The translations under genes and the position numbers were made by a program. The notes beneath the pieces are model-generated. The model worked only from the letters and a program-made list of their open reading frames with translations. It was not told where the DNA came from and searched no databases. Positions 55,646 through 64,000 of a DNA stretch of 64,000 nt are shown piece by piece; the first letter of the stretch is position 1, and each line of letters opens with the position of its first letter. The DNA comes from Acidobacteriota bacterium (lineage in GTDB: Bacteria > Acidobacteriota > Vicinamibacteria > Vicinamibacterales > JAKQTR01), in the NCBI GenBank assembly GCA_029562975.1, contig JAKQTR010000043.1, forward strand, positions 72,491 to 136,490, read 5' to 3'.

Positions 55646-57532
55646 CTAGGGGACGCAGGTTCCGCCTGCCGCGGGAGCGAGGGCGAGGCGCGTCAGCACG
55701 CGCGTCGCCGGGTCGAGGGCGAGTGACAGGTCGAGGTCGCCCTTCGCGCACGCGAGGCGGATCGTGGCGGCGCGCTCGCCGTCGCTGGCGAGCAGCTCGC
55801 CCACGCGGCAGGCTCCCCACGCCGCTGCGCTGTCCAGGAGGCGGCGCGCCTCCTCCGGCGCGACTCCGGCGCCGAGCTTGATCGAGAGCGGGCCGCGGCG
55901 TTGCGCCGAGACGGCGCGCGCGATGGCCGCCGCCGCCGCGTCGAGGCCCGGCGCCAGCGGCCGAACGGGCACGACGACCCACTCCTGCACGAGCGGCGGC
56001 TCGGTCGGCGCGAGCGTGATTCCCACCCGCAGCCAGCCCCGGTCGCATGTCTCGGTCCACGTCCCGCGCAAGGCATTTTCGACGTTGAAGCCCAGGTTCG
56101 CCCGGCACGCGCCCTGCGCGGCCCGGATCGACTCGAGCTGCGCCCGGCGCCTGTCGGCCGGCTCGTCGAGAAACAGGTTGTCGGCCGCGACCGCCGCGGC
56201 TTCGCGCTCATCCCACCGATCGATCAGCCGGATCACGCGGGCCCTGGCGTCGAGGAGCGCGGCCGACGGCTGCGCCACCCTCGGCTGGAGCCCTCCCGTC
56301 CTGGCGAGGGCCTCGATGGCATCGTCGGCGGCGAGCCCCCAGTTCGTGTACGTGAGGTTGCCCATGGCGAAGAGCGCCACGCCGTACTCGGGCAGCCAGC
56401 GCATGTGCGATCCGAACCCGGGGAGGCCCCCGCTGTGCGCCACCAGATGCCCGAATCCGCAGCTCTGCCAGACGCGCAGCCCGAATCCGTACCCGCCCGC
56501 GCTGAGCTGCAGCGGCCCGTCGACGGAGCTGCGGCGCGCGGCCGATGGCGACGGGCGCCACACCTGCTGCATCTCGCGCAGCGACGCGCGCCTGACAGGG
56601 CCGATGTCGGGATCGTCGCGCGGAGGCCAGGCCGACGACAGGAACGCCACGTAGGCCGCCAGGTCGCGCGCCGACGTCAGCATGCCGCCCATAGCGCCGA
56701 ACGCGCCGTGAGGCAGCAGCGGTTCGTCCACCCAGCCGCCCTCCTCCAGCCGGTAGCCGCGCGCCAGGCGCGACGGGGGCACGCTGGCGGCCTCCAGCGT
56801 CGTCGCGGTCATGCCGAGCGGCTTCAGGATGGCATCCGCGACGTAGACCTCGTACGGCATGCCGGCCGCGCGCGAGACCACCCGGCCGAGGATCGCGAAC
56901 CCGTAGTTCGAGTACTCGTAGGCCGTTCCCGTGGCCGTCGAGAACGGGATGCCTCGCTCCAGCATCCGCGCCATCCCGTCGTCGGTCGCGGCGAGCTGGC
57001 GATCGCCCCAGGGGTTGTCTTCAGGAAAGCCCGCGGCGTGCGAGAGGAGGTGCCGGATCGTGACGCGGGGAGAATCGGCGGTCGGCGGCGCGAGACCGGC
57101 GAGTTCCGGGACGTATCGATCCGCCGGGTCGTCGAGCCCGAGCTTCCCTTCGTCGCGCAGCCGCATGATGCACAGCGCCGTGAAGCTCTTCGTCATCGAC
57201 GCGATGCGGAACACCGTGTCCAGATCGACCGGATCCTTCGTTCGGACGTCGCGGACGCCTGCCGCGCCGGCGTGGGCGAGCCGTCCGTCGATCACGATCC
57301 CGTAGGCGATCCCCGGCACGCGCTCGCGCTCGGCGAAAGCCTTGAACAGCCGGTCGATCTCGGGAAACGCCCGCTCGAGCCTGGCGACGCGGTCGGGGTC
57401 GGCGAACGCCGGCGGGGGAAGCCGTCCGCGGGCCTGCGGGTCGGGCTCGGCCCAGGGCGCGGCCGCCGCGCTCATCAGGATCATCAACGCGATCGCAGCC
57501 GGTTGCCGGGGAATGCTCATGGATCGCTCCAC
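55646..57532 (-). CDS. Secreted serine hydrolase, beta-lactamase/PBP (class C-like) family with C-terminal extension
   Basis: Signal peptide, the SxxK motif (ASMTKSF) and a YSN-type motif (YEYSNYGF). Confidence 0.8.
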   Translation of the reverse strand: MERSMSIPRQPAAIALMILMSAAAAPWAEPDPQARGRLPPPAFADPDRVARLERAFPEIDRLFKAFAERERVPGIAYGIVIDGRLAHAGAAGVRDVRTKDPVDLDTVFRIASMTKSFTALCIMRLRDEGKLGLDDPADRYVPELAGLAPPTADSPRVTIRHLLSHAAGFPEDNPWGDRQLAATDDGMARMLERGIPFSTATGTAYEYSNYGFAILGRVVSRAAGMPYEVYVADAILKPLGMTATTLEAASVPPSRLARGYRLEEGGWVDEPLLPHGAFGAMGGMLTSARDLAAYVAFLSSAWPPRDDPDIGPVRRASLREMQQVWRPSPSAARRSSVDGPLQLSAGGYGFGLRVWQSCGFGHLVAHSGGLPGFGSHMRWLPEYGVALFAMGNLTYTNWGLAADDAIEALARTGGLQPRVAQPSAALLDARARVIRLIDRWDEREAAAVAADNLFLDEPADRRRAQLESIRAAQGACRANLGFNVENALRGTWTETCDRGWLRVGITLAPTEPPLVQEWVVVPVRPLAPGLDAAAAAIARAVSAQRRGPLSIKLGAGVAPEEARRLLDSAAAWGACRVGELLASDGERAATIRLACAKGDLDLSLALDPATRVLTRLALAPAAGGTCVP

Positions 57533-57570
57533 GCTCGTCGGGTCGGATCCGTTCGCGGCCGACGGGGCCG

Positions 57571-59031
57571 CTAGTCGCCAATCAGGGCCGGCAGGCGCAG
57601 GAACGCCTGGATGCGCGAGAGCAGCGACCGCGAGGCCTCGGCGGCAACCGGGCGTCCCGGAGCGCCCTCGGCCTTCTGCCGTTCGAGGTCGGCCTGGCGC
57701 GCGGCCACGACGTCGCTGATGCGCCTGAGGACGTCCGGGTTGACGAGGGCGACTTCCCGCAGCGACTCAGCCGTCAGCTCGACGACGTCCGAGTCCTCGA
57801 CGGCCTGGACCGACGCCGTCCTCGGCTGCCCGGTCAGCATCGACATCTCGCCGAAGTACCCGCCGGCCGAAAAGACGGCGAGTTCCCGGCCCGATGCCTC
57901 GATCACGCGGACGCGGCCCCGGCGGACGACGTACATCGACCCGCCGGTCTCGCCCTGGCGGACGATCGTCTCGCCCTGGCCGAAGAGGCGTTCGCCGGCC
58001 CGCGCGGCCAGGGCGTACCGCTCGTCGATCGACAGGGGCTGGAAGAGATCGACCTGCTGCAGCGCCTCGTTGACCCGGTCGTTCCTCGCCGATTCCGGCT
58101 CGAACTCCGGCTCCCTGTGGATCTCGGTCTGGATCGGGAACGGGATCTCGAGCCCGTGCCGCCTCAACGCGTAGTAGACGGCCGTCCGGACCTGGTCGCG
58201 GGCCAGGCTGTCGCGGGAGAAGTCATTCGTCCAGAACCGGACGCGGTAGATCACGGCGGACGCCCCGAAGTCGGCGACGATGACGTCGGGCGGGGGGTCC
58301 TTCAGCGCGAGGGGCGCGTTCGGGATCGCCTCGAGGAGCGCCTGCTTCACCTGATTCGGCGGCGAACCGTAGCTCACGCCGACCTCCACGTCGAGCCGCG
58401 TGAGCGCGGACGGCTCCGAGTAGTTGGTGATGGCCTCCTTGGCCATGAAGGCGTTCGGCAGGATGACGAGGTTCCCGGCCTTCGTCTTGAGCTTCGTCGC
58501 CCGCCAGGTCACCTCCGCCACGAGCCCGACGTGCGGCCCGACGGCCACCCAGTGCCCGACGCGGAAGGGCTTCTCCACCTGGATCGCCAGGCCGGCGAAC
58601 ATGTTGCCCAGGGTGTCCTGCAGCGCGAAGCCGATGATGACGGCGCTCACGGCCGTCGTCGTCAGGAACTTCTCGCGCATCACGACGGTGCCGACGAGCA
58701 GGAACAGCCCGATGACGATCGTGTCCTGCACGATCGCCGGGAATCGCTCCGGCACGCGGTCGGCGCGCAGCGGGTTGAAGGCTGTCACGACGGCCAGATT
58801 GATGAGCGCGAGCGCCAGGCAGAGCTGCGCCACCGAGAGCACGCGCGCGTCCATGGCGGCCGACAGCCCGTAGCGGCCGAGCACGACGACGGCCGCGGTG
58901 TAGACGAAGGCCAGCAGCAGTGTCAGGCGCAGCTTGCGGCGGACGAGGCGGTTGACGCTCGCGGCGCGGACGACGAGCGTTGCGGCGAGGATGACGGCGC
59001 CGATGGCGATGCGGAGGGCCGGCGCGCTCAC
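57571..59031 (-). CDS. MscS-family mechanosensitive channel with C-terminal cyclic-nucleotide-binding domain (bCNG-type)
   Basis: The MscS core has NMFAGLAIQVEKPFRVGHWV and ILPN. The cNMP domain has GGYFGEMSMLTGQPRTASV. The start overlaps the M48 stop by 4 nt. Confidence 0.85.
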   Translation of the reverse strand: MSAPALRIAIGAVILAATLVVRAASVNRLVRRKLRLTLLLAFVYTAAVVVLGRYGLSAAMDARVLSVAQLCLALALINLAVVTAFNPLRADRVPERFPAIVQDTIVIGLFLLVGTVVMREKFLTTTAVSAVIIGFALQDTLGNMFAGLAIQVEKPFRVGHWVAVGPHVGLVAEVTWRATKLKTKAGNLVILPNAFMAKEAITNYSEPSALTRLDVEVGVSYGSPPNQVKQALLEAIPNAPLALKDPPPDVIVADFGASAVIYRVRFWTNDFSRDSLARDQVRTAVYYALRRHGLEIPFPIQTEIHREPEFEPESARNDRVNEALQQVDLFQPLSIDERYALAARAGERLFGQGETIVRQGETGGSMYVVRRGRVRVIEASGRELAVFSAGGYFGEMSMLTGQPRTASVQAVEDSDVVELTAESLREVALVNPDVLRRISDVVAARQADLERQKAEGAPGRPVAAEASRSLLSRIQAFLRLPALIGD

Positions 59032-60203
59032 GACAGGAGGTTCCCCTGCGCCCGGAACGCCTCGAGTTCGGCCGGAGTGATCGTCACCGAAACCAGCGTC
59101 TTGACCGGGCCGCCTTTGGCGTCGCGCTCGGTGTCCACCCCGCGCGAGGCGCCCGACCCGACGACCTCGGCCGATTTCTTCTCGGCCCCTCCCGGCTTGA
59201 CGAGGCTGCCGAGGCCGAACCCCTTCTTCTTCGGCCTGCCGCCGCCGGCGAGCCCCGCCGCACCGTCCTCCACCGCCGCGATGTCGGCCGCCGCCGCCGC
59301 GGCGGTGAAGGGAATCGCCGCCCTGTAGCGGTTCCCGAGCACGGCCGCGGACGCGAGCTTCCGCGATCCGATCTCCCGCTCGATCCGGTCGAGGCGCTCC
59401 TTCATCTCGGGGTGCGACGCGAAGAGGCCCTGCCTGCCGGAACTCGTCCGGTTGCGGGCCTCGAGGCGCTTGAGGAAGCCGCCGAGGCCCGCGGGCGCGT
59501 AGCCGGCGGCATTGGCCACCAGGAGGCCCTTCTCGTCCGCCTCCAGCTCCTCGCCGCGCCCGAACCCGGCGAGCACCATTTCCGAGGTGACGTCCACCAG
59601 CTTGTTCCAGAGCGCCTTGTTCGACTTGATGCTCTCCTCGGCGGTCATCTGGATCGCCTTGTTCTTCTGGATGGCCCGGATCGTGTGCTTCTCCGTGACG
59701 TGCACGATCTCGTGGGCCAGCACGCCGGCCAGCTCCGCCTCGGAGGACATCAGGCCGAGCGCGCCGCGGGTGACGTGGATGTAGCCGCCGGGCGCGGCGA
59801 AGGCGTTGACGCCGTCGGTGTCGAGGACGACGAAGGTGAAGTGGAGGCCGGGGCGATCGCTCTTCTGCGCCAGGAGCGTGCCGACCAGCGTGACGTAGCG
59901 GTGGACCGTGGCGTTCTGGACCACGCCGTAGCGCTCGCGCACGCGCTCGCTCACGCCGGCGCCGAGCTGGCGCTCCTCCTCGTCGGTGACCTGCAGCTCG
60001 CGCAGTTGCTCGACGCGCTTGATGACGGTGTCGAGCTTCGGCTTCTTGGGGATCTTGATCAGTTGATTCGCGGCCGGCGCCGCCAGGGCCGCGCCGGGCA
60101 CGACGAGCGCCCAGGCGGCGAGCGGGGCGGCGAGCCGACGCAGGAGGCGCAGGCGCCGGCTGCGGGCGGACTGCAGGCGCTGGGGGGCGTGAACGGGTCG
60201 CAT
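59028..60203 (-). CDS. Secreted M48-family zinc metalloprotease
   Basis: Signal peptide. HEIVH (HExxH) lies in an M48 context (VLAHEIVHVTEKH), with a downstream ELEADEKG. Confidence 0.8.
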   Translation of the reverse strand: MRPVHAPQRLQSARSRRLRLLRRLAAPLAAWALVVPGAALAAPAANQLIKIPKKPKLDTVIKRVEQLRELQVTDEEERQLGAGVSERVRERYGVVQNATVHRYVTLVGTLLAQKSDRPGLHFTFVVLDTDGVNAFAAPGGYIHVTRGALGLMSSEAELAGVLAHEIVHVTEKHTIRAIQKNKAIQMTAEESIKSNKALWNKLVDVTSEMVLAGFGRGEELEADEKGLLVANAAGYAPAGLGGFLKRLEARNRTSSGRQGLFASHPEMKERLDRIEREIGSRKLASAAVLGNRYRAAIPFTAAAAAADIAAVEDGAAGLAGGGRPKKKGFGLGSLVKPGGAEKKSAEVVGSGASRGVDTERDAKGGPVKTLVSVTITPAELEAFRAQGNLLS

Positions 60204-60221
60204 GGCATGCGTTCTCCCGGG

Positions 60222-62219
60222 CTACGACGAGGGCAGCACCGCGAAGATGGCTACTTCCTCCGACTTCCCTTTGACCGTCACCGAGCCGAGGGGCCGCAGG
60301 TCGTACCGGCCCTTGAGCCGGGCGCGCGTCGCGTCGCTGACGATGAGGCGGGTCCCGTACTCCTTGTTCAGCGACTCGAGGCGCGCGCCGAGGTTTACCG
60401 CGTCCCCGATGACGGTGTAGCTCATGATGGTATCGGATCCGATGTTGCCCGCCAGCATGTCACCGCTGTTGACGCCGATGCCGATGTCCAGGGCCGGCCT
60501 CCCTTCGGCGGCCCACTTCGCGTTCAGCCCGCCGAGGGCCGCGAGCATCCCGAGCGCCGCCTTCACCGCGTTGTCGGCGTGATCCTCGTCCGGCACTGGC
60601 GCCCCGAAGAGCGCCATCACCATGTCGCCGACGAACTTGTCGATCGTGCCGCGGTGGCGGAACACGACGTCCACCATCGCCGAGAAGTACTCGTTGAGCT
60701 GCGCGACCACCGCTTCGGGCTGGCCGCGCTCGGTGAGCGCCGTGAACCCCCGGATGTCCGCGAAGAGCACGCTCATCTCGCGCCGGGCGCCCCCGATCCG
60801 GGCCCCGGCCGGGTCGGCCAGCAGCTGCTCGTACACGTCCCGGGAGACGAAGCGCGAGAACAGCTTCTTGACGCGCCGCTTCTCGCGGCCCTCTGCGAAG
60901 TAGTGGTACGCCGTCCCGCCGAACGCCGCGAAGGCGGCGCCGAGCACGGGCTCGGCCACGCCGATCCACACGCCCTGGCCCATGAGCAGGTACGACGCCC
61001 AGGCGAGCCCCGCGATCATCAGCGCCGCCGTCGCAAGCGTCGGCCCCACCGCCGTCAGCGCGCCGGCGATGCCGACGGCGAGCGCGCACGCCAGCAGCAC
61101 GCCCAGGTTTCCCGCGCGGCCGAGGGGCCGCATGAACCGCCCCGACAGCAGGTTGTCGATGACGTTGGCGTGCACCTGCATGCCGGGCATGCTGCCTTCG
61201 GCGAACGGGACCGTGAACAGATCCCGCAGCCCGGCGGCCGTCGTGCCGACGACGACGATCTTGTCGCGGAAGACGGCCGGATCGACGGCCGGGGCCTGCC
61301 CCGCCAGGAGCTGCTGCTCGGAGTAGAACAGGTCGTAGAACGAGTAGTCCGCGTAGGTCGGCCTGCCGTCCTTGAGGACCGGGCCCGTGAACCGGATGAG
61401 CAGCCGCCTGGCGTCGGCCGCGGGGCCGTAGAAGCTCGGGATGCGCGCGGCGACCAGCGGCGCGGCCGCGCGGCCCACCTCGAGCGTGTCGCCCTTGCGC
61501 CGGATCGACTCGCGCGCCACGGGCCCCGCCACCATGACGGCGGCCACGGCAATCGACGGCACGCCCACCGTGCCGACGCGCACGAACGGCGCCGTCCGGC
61601 GCACGGGGCCGTCGGCGTCGTAGATGGTGAGCGAATGGCCGACGGCGGCCGCGGCCTCGGTCAGCTCGGCGTAGGGCAGGGTCACGCCTGGCCTGGATTC
61701 GAAAGCCGGATCCGCCTCGAAGAACCGGTCCCGGCGCAACGCGCTGAGCCCCCGGACGTCTTCGAGCGCGGCCTCGTCGGCCGTCACGTCCGCCGCGAAC
61801 ACCACGTTCCCGGCGCGCGACGCGGAGGCGGCAAGGGCCAGGTCCGATTCCTCGCCGGTCCACGTGTCTTCGCCGGCCTGGAACGTCCGCCGGTCGCGCT
61901 CGGTGAACAGGACGTCGTACACGATGGCCCTTGCCGGCGCGCGGCGCAGGTAGTCGATGAGCGAGGCGTGCACCAGGCGCGGCCACGGCCACCGGCCGAC
62001 CTGCGGCTCGAGCCGCCTGATGCTGCTGTCGTCGATGCTCACGAGGACGAGGTCGCGGCGAGCCGACGCGGGGTCGGCGGCCAGCCTGACGCGGTAGTCG
62101 TACGTCTTCAGCTCGACCGTGCGGAGGAAGGCGGTCTGGCCGAGGGCCCAGGCGAGCGCCGCCGCCGCCGCGCCCAGCGCGCAGCCGATGGCGAGTGTCG
62201 CGCACAGGGACCGCCTCAT
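60222..62219 (-). CDS. CHASE2 sensor-domain class III adenylate/guanylate cyclase
   Basis: The N-terminal CHASE2 region has VLVSIDDSS and RWPWPR. Three or four TM segments follow. The cyclase core has VLFADIRGFT, KFVGDMVMALFG and YTVIGDAVNLGARLES. Confidence 0.85.
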   Translation of the reverse strand: MRRSLCATLAIGCALGAAAAALAWALGQTAFLRTVELKTYDYRVRLAADPASARRDLVLVSIDDSSIRRLEPQVGRWPWPRLVHASLIDYLRRAPARAIVYDVLFTERDRRTFQAGEDTWTGEESDLALAASASRAGNVVFAADVTADEAALEDVRGLSALRRDRFFEADPAFESRPGVTLPYAELTEAAAAVGHSLTIYDADGPVRRTAPFVRVGTVGVPSIAVAAVMVAGPVARESIRRKGDTLEVGRAAAPLVAARIPSFYGPAADARRLLIRFTGPVLKDGRPTYADYSFYDLFYSEQQLLAGQAPAVDPAVFRDKIVVVGTTAAGLRDLFTVPFAEGSMPGMQVHANVIDNLLSGRFMRPLGRAGNLGVLLACALAVGIAGALTAVGPTLATAALMIAGLAWASYLLMGQGVWIGVAEPVLGAAFAAFGGTAYHYFAEGREKRRVKKLFSRFVSRDVYEQLLADPAGARIGGARREMSVLFADIRGFTALTERGQPEAVVAQLNEYFSAMVDVVFRHRGTIDKFVGDMVMALFGAPVPDEDHADNAVKAALGMLAALGGLNAKWAAEGRPALDIGIGVNSGDMLAGNIGSDTIMSYTVIGDAVNLGARLESLNKEYGTRLIVSDATRARLKGRYDLRPLGSVTVKGKSEEVAIFAVLPSS

Positions 62220-62321
62220 GCCGGCCGCTCTGTTCCTCTATCAGTCCCGGTCCGCGCACCGCGCCGGTCGGCGGCCGGAGCGCGCGCCTGGAGCAGGGGC
62301 GTCGCCGGATTGTATGATGGA

Positions 62322-62396
62322 TGGTACCGGTACGGGGATTCGAACCCCGGTCCCGTGGCTGAGAACCACGTGTCCTGACCCCTAGACGATACCGGC
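62322..62396 (-). tRNA. tRNA-Glu (anticodon CUC)
   Basis: The reverse complement GCCGGTATCGTCTAGGGGTCAGGACACGTGGTTCTCAGCCACGGGACCGGGGTTCGAATCCCCGTACCGGTACCA has a Glu-type D-arm, a TTCTCAG anticodon loop, a GGTTCGAATCC T-arm and an encoded CCA. Pair 1-72 is G-U. Confidence 0.9.
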
Positions 62397-62461
62397 ACCC
62401 GTCGGGCTGGAACCTCTGATTTTACGGCCTCGCGCGTCCGGGGTCAAGCTTCTCACGCCTT

Positions 62462-63862
62462 ATGCCCACACGGCCGCTGCTCGTCATCGCCCTCGTCCTG
62501 CTGCTCCTCGGCGCCGCCGCCGCCTTCTATTTCGCGGGCCAGGAGCCTGGCCCGCTTGTCCGGATCGAGAAGCCCGCGGCCATCGGCGGCGGCTCCGTCG
62601 AACTCGACCTGATCGTGGACGCCATCGGCGGCGGGCTGACGCGCCTCGACGCCGCGGTCGAACAGGAAGGACGCACCCTTCCGCTGTTCTCGCTCGCCTC
62701 GTCCGGGTCAGCGACGTTCACGCAGGAGACGGCGGACCGGATGCGCGTGAAGCAGACCACGCCGGCCGGGTCGCTGGCGGGGCTGCGCGACGGCCCCGCG
62801 CGCGTCGTGGTGACGGCGGCCCGCAGCGTCCTCTTCGGCCTGCGGACGGCCGAGTCGGTCACGGCGCGGGACGTTGCCGTGCGCATGACGCCGCCGTCGC
62901 TGGCCGTTGTGTCCACGCACCACTACGTCAACCTGGGCGGATCGGAAATGGTCGTCTACCGCGTGACGCCGTCCGACGCGTCGTCCGGCGTGCAGGTGGG
63001 CGATCGGTTCTATCCGGGCTTCGCCGCGGCCGGCGCCGCCGCCGCCGGGGCCAGCCCGGCCGACCCGTCGCTTCGCGTGGCGTTCTTCGCCCTGCTGCAC
63101 GATCAGGACGTCACGACGCCCATTCGCCTCGTCGCAACGGACCCCGCGGGCAACGCGGCCGGCGCCGCCCTCGACCGGCGGGCGTTTCCGTCCGGGTTCA
63201 GGCGCCGCCGCCTCGAGATCACCGACCGCTTCCTGCAGCAGGTCGTCCCGGGCATCCTGGCCGCCACGCCTGGCCTGCAGGCCTCGGCCGAGTCGCCCGA
63301 GGCCAGGCTCGACGCGTATCTCAAGATCAACCGCGAGCTGAGGCAGGCCAACGACGCCCAGATCGAGTCGATCTCGCGTGGAACGGCGCCGGAGCGGCTG
63401 TGGAGCGGGCCGTTCCTGCGCATGGGCCGGGCGCAGGCGGAAGCGGCCTTCGCCGACCACCGGACCTACGTGTACGGCGGGCGCGAGGTGGACCAGCAGG
63501 TGCACCTCGGAACGGACCTGGCCTCGACCCGCGGCGCGCCGATCGTCGCCGCGAACACCGGCCGCGTCGTCTTCGCCGCGTATCTTGGCATCTATGGCAA
63601 CTGCGTGATCCTCGATCACGGCATGGGCGTCCAGACGCTGTACGGCCACTTGTCGAGCATCACCGTGGAGGTCGGAGACCGGGTGGGCCGGGGGGAGCCC
63701 ATCGGCCGGAGCGGCATGACCGGCCTTGCCGGCGGCGACCACCTGCACTTCGCGGTGCTGGTCGCGGGGCGGCCGGTGAATCCGGTCGAGTGGTGGGACC
63801 CGCACTGGATTGCGGACCGCATCGACCGCAAGCTCGCCGCGTCGGGCCTCTCGACCAGGTGA
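62462..63862 (+). CDS. M23 family metallopeptidase (LytM/peptidoglycan endopeptidase-like), N-terminal TM anchor
   Basis: HLGTDL, the DHGMGVQTLYGHL motif and GDHLHF (the HxH of M23). Confidence 0.85.
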   Translation: MPTRPLLVIALVLLLLGAAAAFYFAGQEPGPLVRIEKPAAIGGGSVELDLIVDAIGGGLTRLDAAVEQEGRTLPLFSLASSGSATFTQETADRMRVKQTTPAGSLAGLRDGPARVVVTAARSVLFGLRTAESVTARDVAVRMTPPSLAVVSTHHYVNLGGSEMVVYRVTPSDASSGVQVGDRFYPGFAAAGAAAAGASPADPSLRVAFFALLHDQDVTTPIRLVATDPAGNAAGAALDRRAFPSGFRRRRLEITDRFLQQVVPGILAATPGLQASAESPEARLDAYLKINRELRQANDAQIESISRGTAPERLWSGPFLRMGRAQAEAAFADHRTYVYGGREVDQQVHLGTDLASTRGAPIVAANTGRVVFAAYLGIYGNCVILDHGMGVQTLYGHLSSITVEVGDRVGRGEPIGRSGMTGLAGGDHLHFAVLVAGRPVNPVEWWDPHWIADRIDRKLAASGLSTR

Positions 63863-64000
63863 CGGGCGCGCCTTCCGCGGATTCCCGGGAACCGGCGCTG
63901 CCGCCCGATCGCCGTCAGCGGTACCGCAGGTACTTCGCGCGCAGCAGGCGCCAGGCCGCTTCCGCCCTGCCCCATGACGCGACGATGGCCGCCGGGTCCT

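Noticed and set aside
62322-62396. The tRNA-Glu D-arm sequence TAGGGGTCAGGAC resembles the REP core TGGGGTCAGATCC, hinting that the repeats are tRNA-derived.
   Set aside because: The similarity covers only about 10 nt and does not extend into flanking tRNA sequence. It is too short to separate from chance in GC-rich DNA.

Overview
This is a high-G+C (about 70% by eye) bacterial chromosomal window that is densely coding. I count about 56 protein genes and 2 tRNAs (Arg-ACG, Glu-CUC). I saw no rRNA, CRISPR array, transposase, integrase or phage genes. Several domain types suggest an Acidobacteriota-like organism, by inference only: a CarboxypepD_reg-type TonB receptor, an acidobacterial-style VWA protein, a TAT-signal Gfo/Idh/MocA oxidoreductase, and abundant simple intergenic repeats.

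Gene blocks from left to right:
- QueG-like 4Fe-4S protein plus CGNR zinc-finger protein, then an HExxH membrane protein and a SAM methyltransferase.
- Octahaem HAO-family cytochrome c, a scar of gene remnants, and a 2826-codon cyclic beta-1,2-glucan synthase.
- tRNA-Arg, a GH3 hydrolase and moaB-moeA.
- A peroxiredoxin-like gene with an in-frame UGA and a SECIS-like hairpin, then a Mn-type SOD and a Gfo/Idh/MocA oxidoreductase.
- A cobalamin riboswitch followed by a btuB/D/C/F-like uptake operon.
- A complete iscR-iscS-iscU-iscA-hscB-hscA-fdx-iscX operon.
- moeB, an aminotransferase and a homoserine dehydrogenase.
- A divergent PilT-like ATPase with a small partner gene.
- HAD-queD divergent from queC, then an HD-GYP/GAF/GGDEF enzyme, fabI and a Zn-knuckle/RGG protein.
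- A ppk2 / orphan DGQHR (DndB-like) / argR / argH gene string.
- osmC, VWA, a 27-codon membrane peptide, cyaY, a proline-racemase-family gene and a serine hydrolase.
- A CHASE2 cyclase / M48 protease / cNMP-domain MscS operon, then tRNA-Glu and an M23 peptidase.

The observations I rank highest are:
- The predicted selenoprotein.
- The orphan DGQHR gene wired into an arginine operon.
- The cyclase-protease-channel module.
- A 129-nt direct repeat pair bracketing the cytochrome/glucan-synthase segment next to tRNA-Arg.
- Several families of palindromic or pyrimidine-rich intergenic elements.

I found no clear-cut known defence or mobile system. All functional calls rest on motif recognition by eye.
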